In this document: positions 1 through 9,281 of the stretch, piece by piece
How the letters are laid out: each line of letters opens with the position of its first letter
How positions within the stretch are numbered: position 1 is the stretch's first letter
Assembly (NCBI GenBank): GCA_016235455.1
Contig: JACRKZ010000082.1
Span: 16,894-80,893, forward strand
DNA length: 64,000 nucleotides
DNA from: Armatimonadota bacterium
GTDB taxonomy: Bacteria; Armatimonadota; UBA10988
Direction of reading: 5' to 3'
The notes under the pieces: model-generated
The model's input: only the letters and a program-made list of their open reading frames with translations
The model's database searches: none
Told to the model about the DNA's origin: nothing
Made by a program: the position numbers and the translations under genes

Positions 1-2362
1 GGTTGAAGCCCAGTCCGCCAGCCGAGCTGGTGAACAGGTTGACCCAGATGCCGTGCGCGCGGCAGCGCTCGAGAAAGTCGATCATCGGCTCAGGATGGCC
101 GGGCTGGATGCTGACCAGGTTGAGCCCCAGCTTCTGCATCAGCGCCAGATCGGCCTCAACCACGTCGGGGTCGTAGTCCTCGCGCTTGAGCCAGCCGTTG
201 TTGTAGCGGTCGGGCTCCAGGCCGCTGACGTTGCGCGGCCAGTAGTTGACGCCGTTGAGGAAGACAGGCCGCCCGCCGACGCGGAACGTGTCGCCCTGGA
301 CCCGCACGCGACGGGCCGCCGACACCACCGGGGTCTTGGGCACGATGCGCAACGGCGTGGCGCCCGAGTCAACCACCTGGCCGGCAACCAACACCTCGAC
401 GCCGACCCGATGCAGGCCAACACCAAGCCCCGTGGCCGGCTGGACCAGCGCACCGCGCTGCGCACCGGCCGCCAGGTCCACCTCAATCGTCTGCGGCCGG
501 CCGTCGACGGTCACTCGCACCGACACCTTCTGGTTGGCGGCTCCACAGTTGAGCAGGCGCGCGCCGAGCGGCACCGGCTCGCCTTCGACATGGACGATCT
601 TCTCCGGCCCACCGTTGAGCAGCCAGACACCGGCCCGCGCCGCTCGCAACGCCTCGGCGTCGTTGCCCACGCCGCTCGGTTGCCAGAAGATCGCCGCGCC
701 CTTGGTGGTGACGTAGCGACTGAGGCCGCCGGCCAGCGTCTGGTGCCGGCCTTCGAGCTCGGCCGCGAGGGTCTGGCCGCGCGGTCGCTGGTACGGGATG
801 CGCCGGCCGTCGGCCGTCTCCCACTGCTTGTACCAGGGCGATAGCGTCTCGATGACCGGCGGCGTGAACGCCTCAAAGGTCACCGGCGAAGCCGCCGTGC
901 GGATGGAGCCGATGTGCAGCTCGAACGGGCCGGCGTGGGTCGTGCCGAAGCCCGTGGCGGGTCCGAACGACAGGCCCTTGGCATGGTCGGGCCGAAACTG
1001 CGTGTCGCGCCGCGCCTCGGGTGAGCCGTCGGCCCAGAAGCCGAACGCCGACGGATCGAGCACATGCTTGGTCCACGTGTCGGTCAGCGGGATGGCGGCA
1101 ATCCAGCGCGAGCCGTCGTCCTCGCGCCACTCCAACGTCGTGGCCTGGCCGGGCGTGCCCTTGACCCAGACCACGGTCAGCGTCTCGCCGGCGCCGAAGC
1201 GAGCTTCATTGGCGGCCAGCGTGTGCCAGCCATTGAACTCGGGCAGGCTGAGCCGAGCCGCGTCGCGGGCGCCGGCCGGGCCGGGCTGGCCGTAGAGCAG
1301 TTCCGACTTGGCGGCCGAGTTGTTGGTGGCCACGCGCAGGCCGGCGTCGCGGCCCAGATCGAGCGCCGTGCCGCGGCCGTCGACCGCCGCCAGGGCATCG
1401 TCGCGCGTCTTCCAGGTGCCGTCGGGCAGCTTGAAGAGCGGATCAGCGAACGGCTCGGCGCCGCCGGCATACAGGTCGCCGCCCTGCTCGATCCACTCGA
1501 CCACGGCGCGCATGGTCGCCACGGGCAGGCGCCGCAGCGAGTCGACCAGCAGCAGACGGTCGAGCGCGGGGTCGAGTTTGAGATCGACGGGCGATGCCAG
1601 CCGGATCTGGTACCCGGCGTCGCGCGCCAGCTTGGCCAGGGCACCGGTCGCACCCAGGCCGGGGAAGCCGACCACCACGGCGCGCGTCCCGGTGATCCGC
1701 CCGCGGTCGCTGGCGCTGCCGTTGACCGCCGCCTGTGCGAAGACAGCCTCCGCCGCCTGGCTACGCAGGCCGAGTCGGCCCGAGCGAACGGCCTTGGCCT
1801 CGGCCGGCACGGCGTAGCGGCAGGTCCACTGCCAGTCGGCGGCGCCAGCCGGCTTCACGCGGCCGATCACCGCGTCCGCCGCCACCTCGATCTCCATCGC
1901 GTAGGCCGTGCCCCACGACCACGCGGCGGTCCCCGTGGTGGTGGCCTCCAGCCTGGTGCCGGCCGCCGATTGCGCCTGCCACTCGCCGTCGAGCATCTCG
2001 ACCAGCTCGATGCGGTGTGTCTTGCCGTCCGGGTCCTCGGTCAGCGAGATCAGCCAGAACCGCCGACCATCCTCGGCCAGGCGCGGGCCCATCGAAGCCC
2101 AGCCGCCGTCCTGAACGCGCCGACGAGGCGTCATCACCACCGACACGCGTCCGGCGCTGATGGGCGCCGTTGCGGTCAGCAGCGCGTCGCCATCGGCCGC
2201 CACCAGGCCGTCGGGCGAGGCCTGGTAACGGCCGGACAGCACCAGCCAGTCACCCGTGCTCTGCCACAGCGGCGGCAGCTTGGTGAGCGGGTCGGTGAAG
2301 GCGGTGGGCGCGGCGGCCAGGGCGCCGACGGACAGCGCGGACACGAGCCAGAGACGGTGCAT
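1..2362 (-). CDS. Large secreted glycoside hydrolase-like protein (GH5-like TIM barrel towards the C-terminus), truncated by the window edge
   Basis: Not in the ORF track because it runs off the left end. Manual translation from ATG 2362 (GAGG RBS upstream) gives the signal peptide MHRLWLVSALSVGALAAA. The frame is open to base 1 and contains FRVGGRPVFLNGVNYWPR and YDPDVVEADLALMQKLGLNLV, typical of clan GH-A enzymes. Confidence 0.75.
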   Translation of the reverse strand, partial: MHRLWLVSALSVGALAAAPTAFTDPLTKLPPLWQSTGDWLVLSGRYQASPDGLVAADGDALLTATAPISAGRVSVVMTPRRRVQDGGWASMGPRLAEDGRRFWLISLTEDPDGKTHRIELVEMLDGEWQAQSAAGTRLEATTTGTAAWSWGTAYAMEIEVAADAVIGRVKPAGAADWQWTCRYAVPAEAKAVRSGRLGLRSQAAEAVFAQAAVNGSASDRGRITGTRAVVVGFPGLGATGALAKLARDAGYQIRLASPVDLKLDPALDRLLLVDSLRRLPVATMRAVVEWIEQGGDLYAGGAEPFADPLFKLPDGTWKTRDDALAAVDGRGTALDLGRDAGLRVATNNSAAKSELLYGQPGPAGARDAARLSLPEFNGWHTLAANEARFGAGETLTVVWVKGTPGQATTLEWREDDGSRWIAAIPLTDTWTKHVLDPSAFGFWADGSPEARRDTQFRPDHAKGLSFGPATGFGTTHAGPFELHIGSIRTAASPVTFEAFTPPVIETLSPWYKQWETADGRRIPYQRPRGQTLAAELEGRHQTLAGGLSRYVTTKGAAIFWQPSGVGNDAEALRAARAGVWLLNGGPEKIVHVEGEPVPLGARLLNCGAANQKVSVRVTVDGRPQTIEVDLAAGAQRGALVQPATGLGVGLHRVGVEVLVAGQVVDSGATPLRIVPKTPVVSAARRVRVQGDTFRVGGRPVFLNGVNYWPRNVSGLEPDRYNNGWLKREDYDPDVVEADLALMQKLGLNLVSIQPGHPEPMIDFLERCRAHGIWVNLFTSSAGGLGFN

Positions 2363-2370
2363 GGTCTACC

Positions 2371-3591
2371 TCAATCATGTGGCGAGCCCGAAGCCCAGGT
2401 GATGCCGGTGCCGCTCGACTGCGCGTTCTGGCTCCAGGTTGCCGGGTCGGAGTCGAGCACAGTATAGGTGCCCGCCGGCAACTCCACCATGGGCTCGACC
2501 ACCCACATGATCGGTAGACGACCGCCGCTCGCGCCAGTGCCCACGGCCTGCCAGGGGCCGTAGGTCTTGCCGCCGGGACCGGCCAAGGACAGCGTGCCCG
2601 GCTTGGCGCCATTGCCGCCGTTGTAGTGATAGGTGCGCAGATAGGTCAGCCTGGCTGGCCTGGCCAGCGTGAAGACCGTCGGCTTGGTGGGCCGATTGCT
2701 GATCGCGCCACCGTTGGAGTTGTCGTAGAGCGTGATCACCGGGCCCGCCTTCACCTCGGGCGCCATGACGCCGGTGACGGTGGCGAAGCCGCGGCTGCCG
2801 GCGGCATCGTTGGTGCCCCAGGTGGCCGGCTCGGAGTCGACGATGGTGTACTGGCCGGCGGCGAAGCGCGCGCTGACATCAGCTACCCAGTAGAGGTTCT
2901 TCCGCCCCTGGGCGTCGCCACGGCCGGTGGTGCGCCAGGGGCCGTAGACCGTGCCGTCGGCCGCGCGCAGGGCGATGGTGCCCGGTGTGGCGCCCTTGCC
3001 GCCGTTGTAGTGGTAGGTCTCGATGGTGGCGATCACGGCGGGACGGGCTAAGGTCACGACGGTCGGCACCGTCGGATTCGGGCGGACACCTCCGCCGTTC
3101 TCGTTGCGGAACAGGACTGTGGGCGCGCCGCCCAGGGGCACGCGCGACGGGAGGTTGGTCGTGGTGGCCGGCGGCGCGGTCGGTGTGGTGGGCGGGGTCG
3201 GTGGCCTGGGCCCGGCCGGCGTGATCATCAGCGGTTCGTCACGACGCAGCCCGATGGCCGTCGGCACGTCGACCCCGTCGTCCCAGCGGAAGCCGTTGAC
3301 CATGACTGCCTTGGGGTGCAGCATCAGGCCGATGCGGTAGCTGGCAAGGCCGCTGTCCGCGGGCCAGGTGAGCGTGGCGGTGAGCCCACGTCCGCTGGGC
3401 AGCAGAACGCCCGATACGGTGCCAGCGACCTTGCCGTCCGGCTGGCGGCAGGTGCCGCTGACGTCGGTGCCGGCGATTCTCAGGTCGAGCCGGACCGATG
3501 GGCCAGCCCATGCGCCGGCCAACGGATGCGGCTGCGCCACCGCGATACCGGCGGCCATGGTCAAGATCAGTGCCGCATGTCTGGTGCTCAT
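2371..3591 (-). CDS. Secreted hypothetical protein with two tandem copies of an uncharacterised ~115-aa domain
   Basis: Signal peptide, Pro/Thr linker, then two repeats sharing TYHYNGGxGAxPGT, YGPW and YT(I/V)xDSxPATW. Confidence 0.8.
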   Translation of the reverse strand: MSTRHAALILTMAAGIAVAQPHPLAGAWAGPSVRLDLRIAGTDVSGTCRQPDGKVAGTVSGVLLPSGRGLTATLTWPADSGLASYRIGLMLHPKAVMVNGFRWDDGVDVPTAIGLRRDEPLMITPAGPRPPTPPTTPTAPPATTTNLPSRVPLGGAPTVLFRNENGGGVRPNPTVPTVVTLARPAVIATIETYHYNGGKGATPGTIALRAADGTVYGPWRTTGRGDAQGRKNLYWVADVSARFAAGQYTIVDSEPATWGTNDAAGSRGFATVTGVMAPEVKAGPVITLYDNSNGGAISNRPTKPTVFTLARPARLTYLRTYHYNGGNGAKPGTLSLAGPGGKTYGPWQAVGTGASGGRLPIMWVVEPMVELPAGTYTVLDSDPATWSQNAQSSGTGITWASGSPHD

Positions 3592-3609
3592 CGCCCCACT
3601 CCCTCCAGC

Positions 3610-6102
3610 CTACTCACGGACCTTCACGCCTTCGTACGCCGGGCTGCTCTGGCCAGCAGCGACCCACACATACTCGTGGTTCAGTTCGGTGCCCGTATAG
3701 CCGCAAAAGTCCTCGATGGTCAACCGCAGGGCGAGTGCGCGACCTGCTCTGTCGGCGGGCACCTGGGTCTTGAGATCGGCGGCCACGGCGGGTCCGGCAG
3801 CGATGGTCTGGGCGCCCATGTAGTAGTCGGCCGGGTGTACCAGCAGAGCCTTGCTGACCACCGTGCCATCTGGCGGCGTGTACAGCCAGGCGCCGGCGCG
3901 TACGAAGGAGTTGCCGCTACAGCGCAGCGTGATGTCCTGGCCGGGCGCGATGGTCGTCGGCGCCGCCTCCCACGCGCCGGCTGCCGTCAGCGGGTGGGGC
4001 ACCTTGAACTGCGGCCAGAGGGTCAGGTCGAGTTCGGTCCGCACGCTGCCCAGCCCCGTGCCGAGTTTGACCACCGGCGCGCCGACCTGGCCCGTGTCTC
4101 GTCGTGAAGTGCGCACGAGCACCCAGCGGCCCGTCGCCGCGGGCGGGTTGGGCGGCTCGGGCTTGGCGGTGTTTGGATCGGTCACCTCGACCTCCACCGA
4201 GGAGCGCACCGTGCCCACGGCCAACATGGCGGGCGGGTCGGGCAGCGGGTTGGGGCCCGAACCCGGCTTGAGCGTCATGGTCACGCTGACGGTGTAGGTG
4301 CCGGGCTTCGAGAAGCGAAACGTGCGCGGGCCCTCGAGCGAGCTTCGCGTCACCGGGCTCCACGCGTAGGACTCGTCGATGAAGGAGCCGGCTCCCGACA
4401 GGAGGGTCAACAGGCGCCTCATGCGACTGAGCTTGGCGTAGAACCGCCGGTCCTGGCACCCAGGCGTGACCGTCACCTCAACGGGTTGGCCTGCCCAGAC
4501 CGCGGGGCACGGTTGGTAGCTCAGTGCCAGCGGCGCGTGCATCACGTCCTGGGCCAGCACCAGGTACTCGGCAGCCAACTGGTCGCGTTGCCAGCGCCAA
4601 GCCTGGAGGATGACTGGATAGCACCGGGCCAACATGGCATCACCGGCCGCGGCGTCGTCGCGAGCGGGCGCTCCGGCGATGTCGCGATTCGTGGCGCGTT
4701 GGCACTGGGTCCAGACCACCTGCCTCAGCCGCGCCTCGCTCAGGCACTCGGCCACGAGCCGCTCCAGCGTGAAGCAGAAACGAGTGTCGGGCTCATCGCG
4801 CTCGCGGCCCAGGCCCGTGTAGATGCCGGCCATCAGGTCCCAGGCGTCCTGCCGGTTGACCACCAGGTCGATACCGCCGGCGCGCGCCTGGTCGATGATG
4901 GCCTTGGTCAGCTCGGCCAGCAGACCCAACGGCAGGGACTTCAGGAGCAGGCTCTGGATCCCTGCCACCATCAGCGTCTCGCCCATGTCGCCCTGCGCGG
5001 CGGCCAGGGCCGTGGTGTTGGCGGCTTGGAGCACCATCACCGCGGTCATGATCCGCTCAAACTGGGCCGCGTTCGGGGCCTGGGCCCAGATCTGCCCGAG
5101 CAGACGACCGACGGGGCCCTTGGGATTCTCCAAGCCCACCAGCAGCTCGCGCTGCATCAGCCGGCCGACCGGCCCCGCCGTGGCAAAGGCCTTGAGGGTC
5201 GAGGCCTCCATGTGCGAACTGGCCACCAACTGCCGCACCCGAGTCGCCACCTGACCCAGCGGGGTGCCGCCCTCCAGCGCCGTGACCAGTGCAGCGATCT
5301 CCGCCTTGTTCAGCGTTGCGGTGCCCAGCCTGGCCAGTTCGCGCGACTTGGTCAGGTCGTTGCCCAGCCGCTTGAGGTACTTGAGCACCTTGTCCGAGCG
5401 GCCGGCGCGCAGCTCGTCCAGGCAGTGTTCGCCCCACTGAATGGCGGTGTTCGCCGTACCGGCGCTGGTGAAGGTGCGCTGGCCGTCGAGGAAATGGGTG
5501 AGGTCGACCGCGCCGACAACGGCCTTGCCGTTCTCGGCGCGATAGAAGCAACGCCCCTTGGTCTGCTCATAGAACTGCGTGAAGGCGCCCGACCCCTCAC
5601 CGTACAGCCCTTCGACGTACTTGGCCGGCGTCGTGGGACCCACCTTGCCGGAGAAGCCCAGGTTCGGCACCTCGCCGACCTTGGTATAGACAGCCAAGGC
5701 GTCATCGGCGTCGAGCACCGTGCCCATGAGCTGGCTCGGCGCGTAGAGATTGGTGCGCTCGAGGATGGGACCGGCTTCGGCGCCGAACTCCTCGCGGATC
5801 ATGCGGCCCAGGGCGCTCTTGGCCTGTTGCCACTGCGCGCCTGGGTTGGCCGCGCTCTTGGGCAGCAAGAGGCGCATATCGTGGTCCGAAGTGGCAGCGT
5901 TGTAGGCACCCGAAATCCACGAGCCGCAGCCAGTGACACTGTGGCCGGTCTCCGCGACGAACTTGCGCACGACCTTCTGCACGCGCGCGCGCTGCAAGTC
6001 AGCGGCGCGCTTCGCCGCCTCATCGAGCTGTCCCATCGCCGGCCACGCCAGCATCAGAACAGCAAGCGCCACCAGCCGACAGGACGCCGGACGCATTGCC
6101 AT
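3610..6102 (-). CDS. Secreted multidomain protein: N-terminal nucleotidyltransferase-like motif, helical middle, PKD/Ig-like domain and C-terminal beta domain
   Basis: 830-aa ORF with a signal peptide (LVALAVLMLAWPAMG). Contains CGSWISGAYNAATSDHDMRLLL and a PKD-like FRFSKPGTYTVSVTMTL. The function is an inference. Confidence 0.7.
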   Translation of the reverse strand: MAMRPASCRLVALAVLMLAWPAMGQLDEAAKRAADLQRARVQKVVRKFVAETGHSVTGCGSWISGAYNAATSDHDMRLLLPKSAANPGAQWQQAKSALGRMIREEFGAEAGPILERTNLYAPSQLMGTVLDADDALAVYTKVGEVPNLGFSGKVGPTTPAKYVEGLYGEGSGAFTQFYEQTKGRCFYRAENGKAVVGAVDLTHFLDGQRTFTSAGTANTAIQWGEHCLDELRAGRSDKVLKYLKRLGNDLTKSRELARLGTATLNKAEIAALVTALEGGTPLGQVATRVRQLVASSHMEASTLKAFATAGPVGRLMQRELLVGLENPKGPVGRLLGQIWAQAPNAAQFERIMTAVMVLQAANTTALAAAQGDMGETLMVAGIQSLLLKSLPLGLLAELTKAIIDQARAGGIDLVVNRQDAWDLMAGIYTGLGRERDEPDTRFCFTLERLVAECLSEARLRQVVWTQCQRATNRDIAGAPARDDAAAGDAMLARCYPVILQAWRWQRDQLAAEYLVLAQDVMHAPLALSYQPCPAVWAGQPVEVTVTPGCQDRRFYAKLSRMRRLLTLLSGAGSFIDESYAWSPVTRSSLEGPRTFRFSKPGTYTVSVTMTLKPGSGPNPLPDPPAMLAVGTVRSSVEVEVTDPNTAKPEPPNPPAATGRWVLVRTSRRDTGQVGAPVVKLGTGLGSVRTELDLTLWPQFKVPHPLTAAGAWEAAPTTIAPGQDITLRCSGNSFVRAGAWLYTPPDGTVVSKALLVHPADYYMGAQTIAAGPAVAADLKTQVPADRAGRALALRLTIEDFCGYTGTELNHEYVWVAAGQSSPAYEGVKVRE

Positions 6103-6187
6103 CGCGAACCCCTCTCGCTACGACAGATGTGGCGCAATTGTACCGAGCGCCGCGGCGGCGCGCTACTCTGGGGCCGACTCGTGTGGT

Positions 6188-7816
6188 TCAGCGTCGGCTG
6201 GCCAGCCAGCGCCGGCCCTCGGCCATGCTCTGTTCCCACGGCCAGCCCGACGGATCGGGCTTGCCGCGCAGCCCGCCGGCGAAGTCGCGGTGGTAGAGCA
6301 CGCCTTCGGTGAAGCTCTCGCCCTCGATGTGCCGTGGCGGGATGCCGCGGCGCGCACAGATATCGGCCACCAGACGGCCGACGTTCTGCACCTGGCCGGG
6401 CGTGTAGTCGTCGCCGCGGGAGACGATCTCGATGCCGATGGTCTCGGCGTTGAAGTCGTAGATGGGGCCTTTGTTGGTCCACTGGCCGGTGCCCGCGTGC
6501 CGGGCGATGGTCGATTCCTCGGCCAGTTGGCAGACCACGCCGCTGCGGAACACCAGGTACTGCACGCCAATCGTGCGCGGCTCGCGCGGCAGCCGCTCGC
6601 CGGGGGTGATGTCCTGGTAGAACCCTGCCAGGCGCCAGGTGGTGCCGCTGGTCAAGGCGTTGAGATTGCCCGAATCGCTGTTGGAGGCGGTGTGGTGCAG
6701 CACCACCCAGCGGGCCGGCGTGGGCCGCTGCCAGCGCATGGTGCCGGGCCGGCGGTCGCCCACTACAGCCGAATCGATCTTGGGCGCCGCCTGGCCGGCG
6801 AAGGCGCACTTCGCGCTGTCGAAGACCACGCCGCTGGGCCCGACGTTGCGCACCCGCCGCGAGACGCGCACGGTCTGACCGGAGACGTCAGTGTCGTCGG
6901 CCTCGATCAGGTCGCGCGAGGCGACGCCCATGCGGTCACTGCGGCCCAGACTGACCACCACCTCGCGGCCGTCGGGCGAGAGTGCCGGTCGCGCCGGCCA
7001 GGTCCTGTCCAGCAGCGGCACACGCGGGTCGATCTCGGCCAGCGCCGTCGACTCGCCGGTGGCCGGGTCGAACCGCACCAGCCGCGTGTCTTCGCCGACC
7101 TGGGTCAGCGCATAGCCGCGTCCGGCGACCACGACCATCTCGCCCACCATGCCGGCTGGCGTCGTGGCCTTCAGCGCGCCGAGCAGCGCCCGGTCGGCCT
7201 CGGCCGTGGTCAACTCGACCGCACCGTCGGGCAGGCGGCGCTGGCTGATGACGCCGTTCTCGGCCTGCCACACCAGCGTGTCGGTCTCGGCTCGCCAGGC
7301 ATACTGATCGCGCAGGCCGGGCCGCGCCTCCCCCATGGCCAGCGGCGCACCAGCCAGCGCGCCGGAGACGGCGTCGAAGACGACCAACTCGGCGCTGCGC
7401 CGGCCGTTCGCCAGCCGCAGCGCGGCCACGTAGCGCGCGCTGGGCGCGGGCTTGAGGCCGGCCAGATCGAGGCCGCCCGCCACGACGCGCGCGGCGCGCG
7501 TGGCGGGATCGAGGAAGTAGGCCGGTCCGAACGCCGGATCGCCCAGCAAGCCGTGCGCGCTGTGCGCGAGCAGCGCCTTGCCATCAGGCAACCAGGCCGG
7601 GTCCATGCCAGGACCCAGCCAGCGGGCGGCGGAGCCGTCGGTGGCCACGGCGTGCAGGCCGGGGTTGCGCAGCGTGGGCACAGCCCACGCCGCGGTCGAC
7701 AGCAGCAGCGCTATCCCTGGCAGCGCGGACCTCCAGGTCCTCACCATCCGCAGCCGGCTGCGCTGTGCGGACGTGGACGTCCGCGCTCTCAGCGTGGACA
7801 TCGACGCGCCCAGCAT
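6188..7816 (-). CDS. N-acetylmuramoyl-L-alanine amidase (Amidase_2 family) with an N-terminal beta-propeller-like region
   Basis: C-terminal motifs VVLHHTAS, ARHAG, NAETIGIEIV and HRD...KPDP. N-terminal PD40-like strings (DPAWLPDGK, PALSPDGRE). Start is uncertain: ATG 7816, or ATG 7747 just before the signal peptide. Confidence 0.8.
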   Translation of the reverse strand: MLGASMSTLRARTSTSAQRSRLRMVRTWRSALPGIALLLSTAAWAVPTLRNPGLHAVATDGSAARWLGPGMDPAWLPDGKALLAHSAHGLLGDPAFGPAYFLDPATRAARVVAGGLDLAGLKPAPSARYVAALRLANGRRSAELVVFDAVSGALAGAPLAMGEARPGLRDQYAWRAETDTLVWQAENGVISQRRLPDGAVELTTAEADRALLGALKATTPAGMVGEMVVVAGRGYALTQVGEDTRLVRFDPATGESTALAEIDPRVPLLDRTWPARPALSPDGREVVVSLGRSDRMGVASRDLIEADDTDVSGQTVRVSRRVRNVGPSGVVFDSAKCAFAGQAAPKIDSAVVGDRRPGTMRWQRPTPARWVVLHHTASNSDSGNLNALTSGTTWRLAGFYQDITPGERLPREPRTIGVQYLVFRSGVVCQLAEESTIARHAGTGQWTNKGPIYDFNAETIGIEIVSRGDDYTPGQVQNVGRLVADICARRGIPPRHIEGESFTEGVLYHRDFAGGLRGKPDPSGWPWEQSMAEGRRWLASRR

Positions 7817-7817
7817 G

Positions 7818-9281
7818 TCAGACTCCCAACCGCCCACACAGCAACTTTTCGACATCCTTGGGGTCGGCCTGGCCGCGTGTGGCCTTCATCACCTGACCCA
7901 CCAGGAAGCCCATGACCTTCGTGTTGCCGCTCTGGATCTTCTGCACGGCATCGGCGTTGGCGGCCAGCACCTCGTCGAGCACTGGCCCGAGCGTGCTGGC
8001 TTCAGCCTTGCGGATACCCAGGTCGGCCTTGGCCGGCTCGACACCGACGCCCTTGTCGAACATGTAGGGCAGCACCTGCTTGAACTGCGGGCCGGTCAGG
8101 TCGCCACTGTCCCACTGCCGAGCCAACTCGGCGATGTCGGCCGCGCTCACGGGCAACAGCGCGCAGTCGTCGAGGCTCAGGCCGCGATCGTTGACCTGTG
8201 CCAGGAAGTCGCCCAGTAGCACGTTGGCCACGCGGTCGACGTTGGCGAACAGCCCGAGTGCAGCCTCGAAATAGGCCGAGAACGAGCGGCTCTGGGCCAG
8301 CAACTCGGCACGGTAGCGGTCGAGCCCCAGGCTGGATTCGTAGCGCACGATGATCTCGTGCTTCAGTTCCGGCCGGGTCAGGCGGATGGCGTCGACTTCG
8401 GCCTCGGTGAAGCGCAGCGGCGGCAGGTCGGGCTCGGGGAAGTAGCGATAGTCGTGCGCCTCTTCCTTGCTGCGCTGGAAGACCGTGCGGCCATTCTCGG
8501 CGTCCCACCCCATGGTCGCCTGGACCACCTCTTCGCCGCGCTCATAGGCGCGGATGTGGCGCTTGATCTCATACTCGATGGCCTGGCGCACCACGTCGAA
8601 GCTGTTGATGTTCTTGACTTCACAGCGCTTCCGCAGGATGCCCTGGGCCTCTTCCTCGGCGGTGCGCACGCTGATGTTGGCCTCCAGGCGCATGGCGCCG
8701 TCTTCCATGCGGCCCGAGGCGATGCCCAGGAAGATGAGAATGTCGCGCAACTTGCGCAGATAGGCCACCGCTTCGTCGGCCGAGCGGCCGTCGGGCTCGG
8801 TGACGATCTCCATGAGCGGCACCCCGGCGCGGTTGCAGTCGACCAGACTGTAGTGCTCGCCCGAGAAGCTGGTCAGGTGCGAGTTCTTGGCCGTGTCCTC
8901 CTCGAGGTGGACGCGGTTCACCCGGAACGGCTTGGTGCCGGCCTCGGTCTCGATGTCGATGAAGCCCTCGGCGCCGATGGGGTACTTGTACTGGGTCAGC
9001 TGGAAGCCCTTGACCAGGTCGGGGTACGGGTAGTTCTTGCGCTCGAACCAGCTGAACGGCGGCACATGGCAGTTGAGCGCCAGCGCGGCCATGATGCCGT
9101 AGCGCAGCGCCTCGGCATTGACCACCGGCATCATGCCCGGCGCGCCGAGGCAGATCGGGCAGACGTGGGTGTTAGGCTCGGCGCCGGCATAGTCGTTGGG
9201 GCACGCGCAGAACATCTTGCTCTGCGTGAGCAACTGGGTGTGGACCTCAAGTCCGACGACGACCTTCCATTCGATGCTCAC
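7818..9281 (-). CDS. gatB: Asp-tRNA(Asn)/Glu-tRNA(Gln) amidotransferase subunit B
   Basis: VVGLEVHTQL, RKNYPYPDL, HLEEDTAK, NRAGVPLMEIVTEP and YRYFPEPDL. The GTG start overlaps the gatA TGA. Confidence 0.97.
   Translation of the reverse strand: MSIEWKVVVGLEVHTQLLTQSKMFCACPNDYAGAEPNTHVCPICLGAPGMMPVVNAEALRYGIMAALALNCHVPPFSWFERKNYPYPDLVKGFQLTQYKYPIGAEGFIDIETEAGTKPFRVNRVHLEEDTAKNSHLTSFSGEHYSLVDCNRAGVPLMEIVTEPDGRSADEAVAYLRKLRDILIFLGIASGRMEDGAMRLEANISVRTAEEEAQGILRKRCEVKNINSFDVVRQAIEYEIKRHIRAYERGEEVVQATMGWDAENGRTVFQRSKEEAHDYRYFPEPDLPPLRFTEAEVDAIRLTRPELKHEIIVRYESSLGLDRYRAELLAQSRSFSAYFEAALGLFANVDRVANVLLGDFLAQVNDRGLSLDDCALLPVSAADIAELARQWDSGDLTGPQFKQVLPYMFDKGVGVEPAKADLGIRKAEASTLGPVLDEVLAANADAVQKIQSGNTKVMGFLVGQVMKATRGQADPKDVEKLLCGRLGV

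Noticed and set aside
53-2467. Plus-strand ORFs 53..844 and 1064..2467
   Set aside because: They are antisense shadows of the minus-strand glycoside hydrolase gene (1..2362), with Arg/Ala/Gly-rich, motif-free translations.
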